Both the position numbers and the translations under genes were made by a program. Shown in pieces: positions 40,496-50,591 of a stretch of 57,021 bases of DNA; positions within the stretch are counted from its first letter, which is position 1, and every line of letters begins with the position of its first letter. The notes beneath the pieces were generated by a model. The model was given only the letters and a program-made list of their open reading frames with translations, did not search any database and had not been told where the DNA came from. This stretch comes from an uncultured Thiotrichales bacterium (GTDB lineage Bacteria; Pseudomonadota; Gammaproteobacteria; UBA4575), in assembly GCA_964410595.1 (NCBI GenBank), contig CAYPHQ010000001.1, positions 1-57,021 on the forward strand. Direction: 5' to 3'.

Positions 40496-41905
40496 TTAGC
40501 AACTGTAATACATTTCAAACTCAATAGGATGCGTTGCTTGGCGAAGCGCAGTGACCTCTTCCATCTTAAGCGCAATGTATGCGTCGATAGCATCATCAGT
40601 AAATACGCCACCTGCTGTTAGGAACTCACGATCTTTGTCTAACGCATCAAGCGCTTCGTCCAGTGATGAAGCCACTTTTGGAATCATAGCGTCCTCCTCT
40701 GGAGGAAGATCATAAAGATCTTTATCTTGAGGTGCGCCTGGATCAATTTGATTCTTGATTCCATCCAGACCAGCCATCATCATGGCGGCGAATGTTAAGT
40801 ATGGATTCGCGGCCGCATCACCAAATCTTACCTCGATACGACGGGCTTTTGGATTTGATTCAAACGGAATACGAATGGAAGCTGAGCGATTACGTGCAGA
40901 ATATGCACGCATAACTGGAGCCTCGAAACCAGGGACAAGTCGCTTGTAGCTGTTAGTCGAACCATTAGCAAATGCGTTAATGGCTTTTGCATGCTTCAAA
41001 ATGCCACCAATATAATAGAGCGCGGTATCAGACAAATTGCCGTATTTATCACCTGCAAATAAATTTTCGCCGTCTTTAAATATAGATTGATGAACATGCA
41101 TACCACTACCATTATCACCCACTAACGGTTTAGGCATGAATGTGGCTGTCTTTCCGTAATTGTGAGCTACGTTAAGCACTACGTACTTAAGGATTTGGTT
41201 TTGATCCGCACGCACAGTTAAGGTGTTGAACTTTGTACCAATCTCACATTGTCCAGCGGTGCCCACTTCATGGTGATGAACTTCTGTTTCAACGCCCATT
41301 TCCTCCAACACCATGCACATTGCCGCACGAGCATCTTGCAGTGAATCTACTGGCGGAACTGGGAAATAGCCACCTTTAACACCCGGGCGATGTCCTGTAT
41401 TGCCTTCCTCATACTGCTTGTTGGTATTCCATGCCGCTTCATCAGAATCAATGGCGAATGATGCGCGACCCATTTCATTACTCCAGCGCACGTCATCGAA
41501 TACGAAGAACTCTGGCTCTGGACCGAAGAATGCTGTATCGCCAATACCAGAGGCCTTGAGATATTCTTCGGCACGCTTAGCGACTGAACGAGGATCACGC
41601 TCGTACCCTTGCATAGTGGCTGGCTCGAGAATATCACAACGTATAATTAGGGTAGGATCACTGAAAAATGGATCCAACACCGCGGTTGACGGCTCCGGCA
41701 TAAGAATCATGTCAGACTCATTGATGCCCTTCCAACCTTCAATTGAAGATCCATCAAACATTTTGCCAGTTTTGAATACGCTCTCATCAACTGTATGAGC
41801 TGGCACAGTCACATGATGTTCTTTTCCACGAGTGTCCGTGAAACGAAAATCGACGAAGCGTACGTCGTTATCTTTGATCATTTGTAATACATCTGCTGCG
41901 GACAT
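40496..41905 (-). CDS. glnA: glutamine synthetase type I
   Basis: 469 aa with full-length GlnA similarity, including the adenylylation-site region (NLYDLPPEE) and GSGMHVHQS. Confidence 0.97.
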   Translation of the reverse strand: MSAADVLQMIKDNDVRFVDFRFTDTRGKEHHVTVPAHTVDESVFKTGKMFDGSSIEGWKGINESDMILMPEPSTAVLDPFFSDPTLIIRCDILEPATMQGYERDPRSVAKRAEEYLKASGIGDTAFFGPEPEFFVFDDVRWSNEMGRASFAIDSDEAAWNTNKQYEEGNTGHRPGVKGGYFPVPPVDSLQDARAAMCMVLEEMGVETEVHHHEVGTAGQCEIGTKFNTLTVRADQNQILKYVVLNVAHNYGKTATFMPKPLVGDNGSGMHVHQSIFKDGENLFAGDKYGNLSDTALYYIGGILKHAKAINAFANGSTNSYKRLVPGFEAPVMRAYSARNRSASIRIPFESNPKARRIEVRFGDAAANPYLTFAAMMMAGLDGIKNQIDPGAPQDKDLYDLPPEEDAMIPKVASSLDEALDALDKDREFLTAGGVFTDDAIDAYIALKMEEVTALRQATHPIEFEMYYSC

Positions 41906-41958
41906 CGAATACTCCTGTTTTTAAATTAATTAACCGCGATTTGTACCTAATCTGTTAA

Positions 41959-41973
41959 GCACGATGTGTGCCA
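41959..41973 (-). promoter_or_regulatory. sigma54 (-24/-12) promoter of glnA
   Basis: The minus strand reads TGGCAC-ACATC-GTGC, with correct GG-to-GC spacing against the consensus TGGCAC-N5-TTGC. The -12 element lies about 55 nt upstream of the glnA ATG. Confidence 0.6.
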
Positions 41974-42033
41974 GAAATAAGCCCAATAAAAACAATGGCT
42001 TAAAATGACTAACCTAGTGAGAGCCACCACATA

Positions 42034-42050
42034 TGCACTATATTAGTGCA
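42034..42050. promoter_or_regulatory. NtrC enhancer site 1 upstream of glnA
   Basis: TGCAC-TATATTA-GTGCA, a perfect palindromic NtrC consensus centred about 95 nt upstream of the predicted sigma54 start. Confidence 0.6.
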
Positions 42051-42064
42051 AGTTATCCTAATAA

Positions 42065-42081
42065 TGCTTTATTGTGGTGCA
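42065..42081. promoter_or_regulatory. NtrC enhancer site 2 (weaker) upstream of glnA
   Basis: TGCTT-TATTGTG-GTGCA: one perfect half-site and one 3/5 half-site. It is centred 31 bp from site 1, about three helical turns. Confidence 0.4.
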
Positions 42082-42301
42082 ATTTTATGCTGCTATTTTT
42101 GCGCCCACTAAATAATAACATTGTTCGACAAAAAGTTCGGCACATTCTAGTGCTAACCAACGCTGTCCATCAATTTGCATTTTATGTGGCTCATGACAGA
42201 CTTGTTCAATGCTATGACTTTGGTAAAGTTTTTAAAAATAAAACGCCCATCATGGAAACCTTGCGTTACAATCTTGGCTGTAATCACTGAACACTAAACC
42301 C

Positions 42302-43204
42302 GTGACTGAGTCCATCAGCTTTCAATCTCTCATCCTTACACTGCAACAATTTTGGGCAGATCAAGGATGCGCACTTATGCAACCCTATGACAAAGAAATG
42401 GGAGCAGGGACATTCCATCCCGCAACATTTCTACGTTCGATCGGTCCCGAGCCTTGGCGTGCGGCCTATCCTCAACCTTGTCGTCGACCCACCGATGGAC
42501 GTTATGGTGATAACCCTAACCGTTGCCAGCACTACTATCAGTTCCAGGTGGTACTGAAGCCATCACCAGAAAACATTCAGGAACTGTACTTACAATCACT
42601 GCAAACATTAGGTATTGATCCGCTTGAGCATGACATTCGTTTTGTCGAAGATAATTGGGAATCACCGACATTGGGTGCCTGGGGCTTAGGTTGGGAAGTC
42701 TGGTTAAATGGAATGGAAGTTTCACAATTTACCTATTTTCAACAAGTTGGAGGCATCAACTGTCAACCAGTCACCGGAGAGATCACCTATGGCTTAGAAA
42801 GACTTGCTATGTATCTTCAAGGGAAAGATAGCATTTTTGATTTAGTCTGGAATTATCATGATGATTTTTCATTAACTTACGGCGATATCTTTCATCAAAA
42901 CGAAGTGGAGCAATCCCATTATAATTTCGAACAAGCGGCAACAGATATTTTATTTGCAGAATTTAATCACTGTGAAAAAGAATGTCAGCGCCTACTTGAA
43001 CAAACATTAGCGCTGCCCAGCTATGAGCAGGTGTTGAAAGCATCACATGTATTTAATTTATTAGATGCTCGCCAAGTAATTTCCGTCACTGAACGTCAGC
43101 AATATATTCTACGAATAAGAACGCTTGCACGAGCGGTAGCTGCCGCTTACCTTGAAACTCGTGAAAAAATGGGTTTTCCACTCATCAAAAAGTCTAATCA
43201 ATAA
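42302..43204 (+). CDS. glyQ: glycine--tRNA ligase alpha subunit
   Basis: GTG start, 300 aa, near-colinear with E. coli GlyQ ([34 protein letters not shown]). Confidence 0.95.
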   Translation: MTESISFQSLILTLQQFWADQGCALMQPYDKEMGAGTFHPATFLRSIGPEPWRAAYPQPCRRPTDGRYGDNPNRCQHYYQFQVVLKPSPENIQELYLQSLQTLGIDPLEHDIRFVEDNWESPTLGAWGLGWEVWLNGMEVSQFTYFQQVGGINCQPVTGEITYGLERLAMYLQGKDSIFDLVWNYHDDFSLTYGDIFHQNEVEQSHYNFEQAATDILFAEFNHCEKECQRLLEQTLALPSYEQVLKASHVFNLLDARQVISVTERQQYILRIRTLARAVAAAYLETREKMGFPLIKKSNQ

Positions 43205-43210
43205 ATCACT

Positions 43211-45283
43211 ATGAACAAAGATACTCTACTGATTGAGATTGGTACTGAAGAGCTACCACCCAATGCAGCAAAACTATTAAGTGACAGTTTTGCACAAGCG
43301 TTGAGTGAACAGCTTGATGCTGCACATTTTGAATATCGTGAAGTGTTACCTTTCGTTACCCCTCGTCGTCTAAGCGTGCAAATTAAGCAACTCAGTGCTC
43401 AACAACCACAGCAACAAGTTGCCCGCAAAGGCCCGGCAATTAAAGCCGCTTATGATGAGCACGGTCAAGCGACTAAAGCTGCCCTGGGCTTTGCTAAGAC
43501 CTGCGGTGTAGAGATGAAGGACTTACAAACTCAAGAGACCGAGAAGGGCGCTTGGTTATATTTTGAATCATGTGTTGAAGGTCAGTTCATCGATGACATG
43601 CTGCAAGAGTTTGTTGAACAAAGCCTTAAAAAACTCCCCGTCCCTAGACCAATGCGTTGGGGAGCTAGTGACACTGAATTTGTACGCCCCATACATTGGG
43701 TGTGTATTTTATATGGATCACGCGTCATTCCTTGTACTATCAAGCAGCACACTGCCAACAATTTCACTTATGGACATCGCTTTCATTCCAACGGAAAAAT
43801 ATCACTAGCGCATGCAGATGATTATGTGAACGCATTAAAAAACGCTTATGTGATAGCTGATTTTGCTACGCGTCAATCGGTTATCAAACAACAAATAGAG
43901 CAATGCGCCCAACAACATGATGCACGATTACACTATCCTCAATCATTACTGGACGAAGTCACCAATCTAGTCGAGTGGCCAGTGGCTGTGGTCGGTGAAT
44001 TTTCACAAAAATTTCTATCCATCCCCAAAGAAGTTTTGGTTATGACTATGCAAGAATCACAGCGTTATTTCCCACTCTTCAATGCCGAGGATAATTCTTT
44101 ACTGGCTTATTTTATTACCATCGCCAACATCGAAAGTTCGCGTCCTGAAACCATAAAGCTGGGTAATGAACGGGTTATCAAACCACGTTTTGAAGACGCA
44201 GAATTTTTCTGGGAACGTGACAGAGATATACGTCTAAGTGATCGCTCACAAGACTTGAACGGTATATTGTTTGAAAAACAATTAGGTTCCATACATGAAA
44301 AATCTGAGCGTGTTACTCAGCTAGCCACACAGTTATGCACTATGCTTGATATAAATGAGCAAGCATCGGTGAAAGCAGCGCAACTGTGTAAAAATGACTT
44401 ACTCACAGATATGGTGAATGAGTTTCCGAAGTTACAAGGGACTATGGGTCGCTACTATGCGAGTCATGATGGTGAGAACATCGAAGTATGTTTGGCTATC
44501 GAAGAACATTATTTGCCACTCTACTCAGGTGGCGCATTACCCACGACCATGGCTGGCAAAGTGGTAGCCCTCTGTGATCGTGTAGATACTTTGGTGGGAA
44601 TTTTTGCCACCGGTAAAAAACCGACAGGTGTAAAAGATCCTTATGCACTCAGACGTGCAGCTATTGCGATTATACGCCTGTCAATCGAAGCAGATTTGGA
44701 CTTCGACTTAACACAACTGCTACATAGTGCAGGAGAGTTACTCAAACCCAAGTTAGCAGTTGATACAGCAGTGGATGAAGTTTTTGAATACATCATGGAA
44801 CGTATGCGGGCCTATTACCAAGATCAAGCTATTGAACAAGACATCTTTGAATCTGTACGCGCAGTTCGACCCACACGCCTGGTTGATTTCAATCAACGTG
44901 TGCAAGCAGTTCGCACATTCCTAACACTTGAGGAATCAACCAGTCTGGCTAGCGCCAATAAGCGTATAGCGAATATTCTCAAAAAAACTCATCACCAATC
45001 ACATATTGCCATTGATAAAGGGTTGTTTTCTCAGCAAGCTGAAAAAACGCTTTATCAACAAATCACCATACTTGAAAATGAAATTGCGCCCATATTTGAT
45101 GCCGGTCAATACAGCCAAGCACTCACTACCTTGGCAAAATTACGCCCCAGCATTGATCGCTTCTTTGAAGAAGTCATGGTCATGGACGACGATATAGCTG
45201 TGCGTGATAATCGTATCGCCTTGTTGCATAAAGTTAATCAGGCTTTTATTGCAACCGCAGATATCTCACTCATTCAAAGCTAA
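43211..45283 (+). CDS. glyS: glycine--tRNA ligase beta subunit
   Basis: 690 aa (LLIEIGTEELPP, TPRRL). It immediately follows glyQ. Confidence 0.95.
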   Translation: MNKDTLLIEIGTEELPPNAAKLLSDSFAQALSEQLDAAHFEYREVLPFVTPRRLSVQIKQLSAQQPQQQVARKGPAIKAAYDEHGQATKAALGFAKTCGVEMKDLQTQETEKGAWLYFESCVEGQFIDDMLQEFVEQSLKKLPVPRPMRWGASDTEFVRPIHWVCILYGSRVIPCTIKQHTANNFTYGHRFHSNGKISLAHADDYVNALKNAYVIADFATRQSVIKQQIEQCAQQHDARLHYPQSLLDEVTNLVEWPVAVVGEFSQKFLSIPKEVLVMTMQESQRYFPLFNAEDNSLLAYFITIANIESSRPETIKLGNERVIKPRFEDAEFFWERDRDIRLSDRSQDLNGILFEKQLGSIHEKSERVTQLATQLCTMLDINEQASVKAAQLCKNDLLTDMVNEFPKLQGTMGRYYASHDGENIEVCLAIEEHYLPLYSGGALPTTMAGKVVALCDRVDTLVGIFATGKKPTGVKDPYALRRAAIAIIRLSIEADLDFDLTQLLHSAGELLKPKLAVDTAVDEVFEYIMERMRAYYQDQAIEQDIFESVRAVRPTRLVDFNQRVQAVRTFLTLEESTSLASANKRIANILKKTHHQSHIAIDKGLFSQQAEKTLYQQITILENEIAPIFDAGQYSQALTTLAKLRPSIDRFFEEVMVMDDDIAVRDNRIALLHKVNQAFIATADISLIQS

Positions 45284-45307
45284 AAATTTTCCCTTGTAGA
45301 AAAGACT

Positions 45308-45835
45308 ATGCAAGCAGTCATTCTTGATCGAGATGGTGTGATTAATCATGATCGTCCTGACTATGTAAAGAGCCCTCATGAATGTTGCCCAATCGATGGC
45401 AGCTTTGATGCCATAGCACGTCTTAGTCAAGCTGGTTTGAAAGTATTTATTGCTAGTAACCAATCAGGTCTAGCAAAAAAACTGTTTGATTATGCGACAT
45501 TATTTTCTATCCACCATAGTATGGCTAAACAAGTCGAACTCCTTGGAGGGCATATTGACGGCTTTTTCTTCTGTCCCTATTTAAACGGTCCAGAACGCAA
45601 ACCTGAACCCGGATTACTACTGGACATTGGTGAACGTGCCAATATTGATCTAAGCGTCACGCCATTCATCGGCGATACCCTTAAGGATGTGCAAGCCGCG
45701 CTTAGTGCGCAAGCACTTCCTATATTGGTACGAACGGGCAAAGGGCAAGCGACTTTGCATAAACATCTAATCCCCGCTCAAGTGCCGATCTATGATAATT
45801 TATATGCCGCAGTAGATTCATTGCTTAAGGAATAA
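45308..45835 (+). CDS. gmhB: D-glycero-beta-D-manno-heptose-1,7-bisphosphate 7-phosphatase (HAD-IIIA)
   Basis: 175 aa with HAD motifs (LDRDGVIN, ASNQSG, GDTLKD). It occupies the conserved position after glyS. Confidence 0.85.
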   Translation: MQAVILDRDGVINHDRPDYVKSPHECCPIDGSFDAIARLSQAGLKVFIASNQSGLAKKLFDYATLFSIHHSMAKQVELLGGHIDGFFFCPYLNGPERKPEPGLLLDIGERANIDLSVTPFIGDTLKDVQAALSAQALPILVRTGKGQATLHKHLIPAQVPIYDNLYAAVDSLLKE

Positions 45836-45837
45836 CC

Positions 45838-46560
45838 ATGATACAGATAATCCGCTCAGCCTTGTTTACAGTGATTATGACTGTAGCAACTTGCCTATGG
45901 GTGATCCCTTGTATCATCGCGCGTTTATTTCCTTATCCTATTTGTTTTGCCATAGTGTCCTCATGGTGCACATTCAATGTAACCTGTGCACGTATCATTT
46001 GTGGTATCCGTTATGAAATTACAGGACTGGAGAACATTCCTGATCAACCCTGTGTGATCATGTCAAATCATCAATCAACATGGGAAACACTGGCTTATCC
46101 TTCAATCTTTCCAACACTCACATGGGTGATCAAAAAAGAATTACTGTTCGTGCCATTCTTTGGTTGGGGCATTGCCTCTACACAACCTATCGCGTTAAAC
46201 CGTCAACAGGGTAAGCGCGCACTTAAACAGCTCGTCAAAGATGGTCGTGAAAAATTACAATTAGGTCGTTATATTTTAATCTTTCCAGAAGGCACTCGTA
46301 TTCCTTACGGCGAAGAACGCCCCTTAAAAGCAGGCGGCTTCATGTTAGCCAAACAAGCCAAAGTAAATATTTTACCTGTGGCACACGATTCTGGTCGTCT
46401 TTGGCCAAGAAGGGGATTTCTTAAGACGCCGGGCACCATTCACTTAACAATTGGCCCTGTTATTAACACGAGTGACATCACATCCGATCAATGTCGACAA
46501 CGCTATGCACAATGGTTAAAGACCGCCGTACGAGAAATAGAAGATAATCTTCACTCGTAA
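45838..46560 (+). CDS. plsC: 1-acyl-sn-glycerol-3-phosphate acyltransferase
   Basis: 240 aa with an N-terminal TM helix and the acyltransferase motifs NHQSTWE and FPEGTR. Confidence 0.85.
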   Translation: MIQIIRSALFTVIMTVATCLWVIPCIIARLFPYPICFAIVSSWCTFNVTCARIICGIRYEITGLENIPDQPCVIMSNHQSTWETLAYPSIFPTLTWVIKKELLFVPFFGWGIASTQPIALNRQQGKRALKQLVKDGREKLQLGRYILIFPEGTRIPYGEERPLKAGGFMLAKQAKVNILPVAHDSGRLWPRRGFLKTPGTIHLTIGPVINTSDITSDQCRQRYAQWLKTAVREIEDNLHS

Positions 46561-46663
46561 TGTCATGTCTTAATCCAAAACCATCTCTCTTAGAAACAAT
46601 CACTTAAATAAGCCCGCCAATTTTTTCAACCCATATTTAATAAGAATATGCTAATATGCACGC

Positions 46664-46687
46664 CATCAATATAGTTCTATATTGATG
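46664..46687. promoter_or_regulatory. perfect 24-bp palindrome (11-2-11), candidate operator upstream of the SulP gene
   Basis: CATCAATATAG-tt-CTATATTGATG, about 70-85 nt upstream of the SulP start codons. Confidence 0.4.
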
Positions 46688-46754
46688 CATATCATCTTGG
46701 GTCCAGTGAGTCTGCTGGTATATATAGTCATGATATTTTTAGAAAGGATGCCCA

Positions 46755-48512
46755 TTGAATTCATTAAATATGATTGCCCAACGTTTACTTCAACGTATCT
46801 TGCCTTTTCGTGCATGGATTGGTGAACTCAAAGACCCAAATGTATTACGTGCCGATTTAATCGCGGGAATATCTGTTGCATTAGTGTTAGTGCCACAATC
46901 TATGGCTTATGCACAATTAGCCGGCCTGCCTGCTTACTATGGCTTATATGCCTCATTTTTACCTGTCATGGTGGCTTCTTTATTTGGTTCTTCACGCCAA
47001 GTTCATACCGGACCCGTGGCTGTTGTCTCACTATTAACTGCTTCTGCATTAGCCCCATTAGCCACTGATCCTGCCAATTATGCGGCTTATGCAATCATGC
47101 TGGCGTTAATGGTAGGAATTTTCCAATTATCATTAGGCTTACTTCAACTGGGATTCTTTGTTGATTTTCTCTCCCATCCAGTGGTGGTCGGCTTTACCAA
47201 CGGTGCAGCGATTATTATTGCCACCTCACAGCTTGGTAAAATTTTCGGAGTGTCTGTCGAACGCTCTGAACATCATTACGAAACCGTAATGCGTATAATG
47301 GAAGCTGCCTTACAAAACACCCATATGCCAACATTAGCATTTGGTATCGGTGCTATTGTCATTATGGTGTTTTTAAAAAAATACGCACCCAAAATTCCGG
47401 GCGTTCTTGCCGCCGTTGCCCTTACTACGCTTGCCTCTTGGTTACTCAAATTTGAACAAACCGGTGGTAAAGTCGTTGGCACTGTTCCTCAAGGGCTGCC
47501 CGCATTTTCTATGCCTGAGATCGATCTTGAAATCGCCTCACAGCTAATTATCAGTGCAATTACAATTGGCTTAATTGGATTTACCGAAGCCATTTCCGTC
47601 GCCAAAGCGATTGCCGCTCAAACCCGCCAGCGACTGGATGCTAACCAAGGCTTGATCGGGCAGGGACTGGCCAATATTACTGCAAGTTTTTTCCAAGGAT
47701 ATGCGGTTTCTGGCTCATTCTCTCGCTCAGCAATTAACCTTAGCGCAGGCGCAAAAACCGGTTTTGCAGCCATCGCTAGCGGCATTATAGTCATGTTGAC
47801 TTTGCTGTTCTTGACTCCATTGCTGTATCACCTACCCCAGCCAACCCTAGCGGCGGTAATTATTTTAGCCGTATTTAATCTAATTAAATTTAAGCCTATT
47901 AAGTATGCATGGAGAGTTCAAAAACATGATGCGATTGTTTCGATCATTACTTTCTTGCTAACGCTGGCTTTAGCACCACATTTAGAACAAAGTATATTAG
48001 TTGGTGTGGTTTTATCGATGGCTCTATACATCTATCGCACCATGCGTCCACGCATTTGTATCCTTTCATTCCGACAAGACGGGACACTAGCAGATGCAGA
48101 GGCTAATATTCTTAAAACCTGTCCTAAAATGTCTATCATTCGTTTTGATGGACCACTGTTTTTTGCTAACACGGGTTACTTTGAAGAAAAGGTTTTAGAA
48201 CGTGTCGCTGCTAAGCCTGATTTAAACTTCATTATTATTGATGCGGAAGGCATTAATGAAATTGATGCCACTGGTGAAGAAATGCTGCATCAACTGGCCG
48301 TACGCTTGCATAGCTTAAATATTGAATTCTTATTCTGTCGAACTAAGAAGCAAGTGATGGATGTATTCTTAAAAACAGGTTTCGCCAGTGATGCTTGGTT
48401 AGACCATTTCCATCATACAGAACAACAGGCGATTCGATTCGCACTAGAAAAAATAGAGCCTTGTGATGCTGAATCACAGTGCCCTATATGCACTTCGGTA
48501 ACCGCTAAATAA
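46755..48512 (+). CDS. SulP-family anion transporter with C-terminal STAS domain
   Basis: 585 aa, polytopic, with SulP signatures (VPQSMAYAQLAGLP) and a STAS domain (IIRFDGPLFFAN). The track uses TTG 46755; ATG 46770 is an alternative start. Confidence 0.9.
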   Translation: MNSLNMIAQRLLQRILPFRAWIGELKDPNVLRADLIAGISVALVLVPQSMAYAQLAGLPAYYGLYASFLPVMVASLFGSSRQVHTGPVAVVSLLTASALAPLATDPANYAAYAIMLALMVGIFQLSLGLLQLGFFVDFLSHPVVVGFTNGAAIIIATSQLGKIFGVSVERSEHHYETVMRIMEAALQNTHMPTLAFGIGAIVIMVFLKKYAPKIPGVLAAVALTTLASWLLKFEQTGGKVVGTVPQGLPAFSMPEIDLEIASQLIISAITIGLIGFTEAISVAKAIAAQTRQRLDANQGLIGQGLANITASFFQGYAVSGSFSRSAINLSAGAKTGFAAIASGIIVMLTLLFLTPLLYHLPQPTLAAVIILAVFNLIKFKPIKYAWRVQKHDAIVSIITFLLTLALAPHLEQSILVGVVLSMALYIYRTMRPRICILSFRQDGTLADAEANILKTCPKMSIIRFDGPLFFANTGYFEEKVLERVAAKPDLNFIIIDAEGINEIDATGEEMLHQLAVRLHSLNIEFLFCRTKKQVMDVFLKTGFASDAWLDHFHHTEQQAIRFALEKIEPCDAESQCPICTSVTAK

Positions 48513-48527
48513 TTAAGTGATGCTGAC

Positions 48528-49217
48528 TTACTTTGACACTCGATAAAACAAATCGGAGACCACATGACCTTTGCGCATCCCTCTTTGTTCGAAACGCGTT
48601 GCTGGACGCTGCAATCCCAAGGGATGCATTTCCACATCAAGCTGTTCTAACTGATTCGGCAATTGCAACACCTGAGCATGCATGAACTTAATGTATGGCT
48701 GCCAATCACTAGCAAGATGTAAAATTGCATTTTCTTGCATGCATTTCACAACCATTTCAAGAAATTCTTTTTGGATCAAGCGACGTTTCTTGTGTTTCTG
48801 TTTTGGCCATGGGTCTGGAAACCACACCATCATCCCGGCTAACTGATTGGCACTCATTTTTTTATCAATGAACTCAACAGCATCTGCATTTACTATGCGG
48901 ACATTATTAATTTCTAGTTGTTGTATTTTGTTTAGTACGGCACCTATGCCAGGACGGTAAACTTCAATACCAAGAAAATTATAATCAGGCTTTTGTTGCG
49001 CTAGAGACAATAGAGAATCACCCGCACCAAACCCCACATCGCAAATAAGTGGCTGTCTTTGATTAAAATAGTGATTCAAATCACTATTATCAGGAATATC
49101 TGCATCAATACCGTAAGCAGGCCAGTACTCTTTTAGTGCTCGCTTTTGGGCATCGGTAAAACGCCCCTCACGTATTACAAAACTGCGTATAGTTCGCTTA
49201 AGATTGGTTGCCAGCAT
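48528..49217 (-). CDS. trmB: tRNA (guanine-N7)-methyltransferase
   Basis: 229 aa with a SAM site (DVGFGAGD) and FPDPWPKQKHKKRR. It follows thiG, as in Pseudomonas. Confidence 0.9.
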   Translation of the reverse strand: MLATNLKRTIRSFVIREGRFTDAQKRALKEYWPAYGIDADIPDNSDLNHYFNQRQPLICDVGFGAGDSLLSLAQQKPDYNFLGIEVYRPGIGAVLNKIQQLEINNVRIVNADAVEFIDKKMSANQLAGMMVWFPDPWPKQKHKKRRLIQKEFLEMVVKCMQENAILHLASDWQPYIKFMHAQVLQLPNQLEQLDVEMHPLGLQRPATRFEQRGMRKGHVVSDLFYRVSK

Positions 49218-49220
49218 CTT

Positions 49221-50033
49221 CTATGAACCGATAGTATCTCCAAGCGGAGAAGAGGCAGATGCGAATCGTCGTTTAGGCATGCGTCCTGCACAGTAGGCCA
49301 TGCGCCCTGCCTGAATGGCATGGTTCATAGCACTAGCCATCATAATAGGATCTTGTGCCTGCGCAATGGCGGTATTCATCAACACTCCATCACAACCAAG
49401 CTCCATGGCGATAGCAGCATCTGAAGCGGTTCCGACACCGGCATCTACCAAAATAGGCACCTGTGCATTTTCAATAATTGTAAGGATGTTATAAGGATTC
49501 TGAATCCCTAATCCTGAACCTATCGGTGCAGCTAATGGCATTACCGCAACACAACCAATATCCTCTAGCTGCTTAGCCACGATCGGATCATCATTGGTAT
49601 AGACCATCACTTGAAAGTTCTCTTTAACTAATATTTCTGCTGCTTTAATGGTATCAATAACATTTGGCAACAGCGTTTTTTGATCGGCTAATACTTCTAG
49701 CTTAACTAAATTGTGTCCATCTAAGAGTTCACGTCCCAAGTGACATACTCTAATTGCGTCTTCACAATTAAAGCAACCTGCCGTATTCGGTAACAGAGTA
49801 AATTCATCCATCGGTATGTAGTCGAGCAAGTTATCTTGTCCGGGATCTTGCCCAATATTAGTTCTTCGTAACGCAACCGTAACGATTTCAGCGCCGCTTG
49901 CTTTTATTGCGGCACGTGTTTGTTGAAAATCGCGATATTTCCCGGTTCCCACAAGCAAACGGGATTGAAACTTATAATTGGCAATCTTCAATGCCTGTGT
50001 ATGAAGTTGTTGATTATCTGTAGACTCAGACAT
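49221..50033 (-). CDS. thiG: thiazole synthase
   Basis: 270 aa ([25 protein letters not shown]). Confidence 0.95.
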   Translation of the reverse strand: MSESTDNQQLHTQALKIANYKFQSRLLVGTGKYRDFQQTRAAIKASGAEIVTVALRRTNIGQDPGQDNLLDYIPMDEFTLLPNTAGCFNCEDAIRVCHLGRELLDGHNLVKLEVLADQKTLLPNVIDTIKAAEILVKENFQVMVYTNDDPIVAKQLEDIGCVAVMPLAAPIGSGLGIQNPYNILTIIENAQVPILVDAGVGTASDAAIAMELGCDGVLMNTAIAQAQDPIMMASAMNHAIQAGRMAYCAGRMPKRRFASASSPLGDTIGS

Positions 50034-50038
50034 AAGAC

Positions 50039-50239
50039 TTAACCACCACCCACGGCTTGGATAATTTCAACATGGTCCCCATCTGACAGTTGAAATGCAC
50101 TATGTTTTGATCGACTGATAACATTTTTATTCACTTCTACAGCAATACGCCGCTGATCCAGTCCCAAAGAAACCAATAACTCAGTAATAGAAGTCGCTGC
50201 AGCCAATTTATGTGGCTGACCATTGACTATAATCTGCAT
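50039..50239 (-). CDS. thiS: sulfur carrier protein ThiS
   Basis: 66 aa with a ubiquitin-like fold pattern, ending in ...AVGGG (C-terminal GG). It lies directly upstream of thiG. Confidence 0.9.
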   Translation of the reverse strand: MQIIVNGQPHKLAAATSITELLVSLGLDQRRIAVEVNKNVISRSKHSAFQLSDGDHVEIIQAVGGG

Positions 50240-50405
50240 ATTGTTAGTTCATAGGTTATTGGATAATGTTTTCTAATAAACGTAATAAAAAATATTGAGC
50301 ACACCAGCGGCTGCTAAATCAATTTATCATACGAATTTAGTATGTTAAAAAAACAATATACTGTCACTCACTATGGATTGTGGCAAGTGCATCATTGACG
50401 CTCGA

Positions 50406-50576
50406 AGAATCTCACGACAGTATCATATTACATGCTGTGCCATTTACTTATGCACAGCATGTAAAGCACAATGTCACTATGATGCCTTCGGGGCGCGTCA
50501 TAGTGTCAAAATCAATCAACTGGAATGATACTGCCATAAACATGATACCCATCATATTATGACCGTCGTAGATTCT
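50406..50576. repeat. 171-bp element bounded by ~25-bp imperfect inverted repeats and containing three perfect hairpins (MITE-like element or structured RNA)
   Basis: Outer pairing is AGAATCT-c-ACGAC (50406-50418) with GTCGT-AGATTCT (50565-50576). Inner pairings are CAGTATCAT (50418-50426) with ATGATACTG (50525-50533); a 10-bp hairpin 50431-50461; an 8-bp hairpin 50475-50505 with a GC-rich UUCG-containing apex; and a 5-bp hairpin 50542-50555. Confidence 0.4.
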
Positions 50577-50591
50577 GTAAAGACAGGGCTA

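Noticed and set aside
42138-42153. Sigma54-like CGGCAC-ATTCT-AGTGC on the plus strand, pointing toward glyQ
   Set aside because: The GG-to-GC spacing is one nucleotide too long for a -24/-12 promoter, and the -24 element lacks the leading T. A housekeeping glyQS operon has no expected sigma54 control.
42033-42290. 85-aa plus-strand ORF in the glnA-glyQ spacer
   Set aside because: It has no Shine-Dalgarno sequence and a low-complexity AT-driven composition. It spans the NtrC sites of the glnA control region and has no recognisable family.
50240-50405. Possible TPP (THI-box) riboswitch upstream of thiS-thiG
   Set aside because: Reading the minus strand, I found neither the conserved CUGAGA ... 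ACCUGAUCUGGAUAAUGCCAGCG core nor a compatible P1-P5 layout. The only UGAGA lies at the 3' end of the hairpin element, which is the wrong order.
50380-50562. 60-aa plus-strand ORF covering the hairpin element
   Set aside because: Its frame runs straight through the perfect inverted repeats. It has no ribosome-binding site and is antisense to the flanking operons, so it is most likely an accidental frame.
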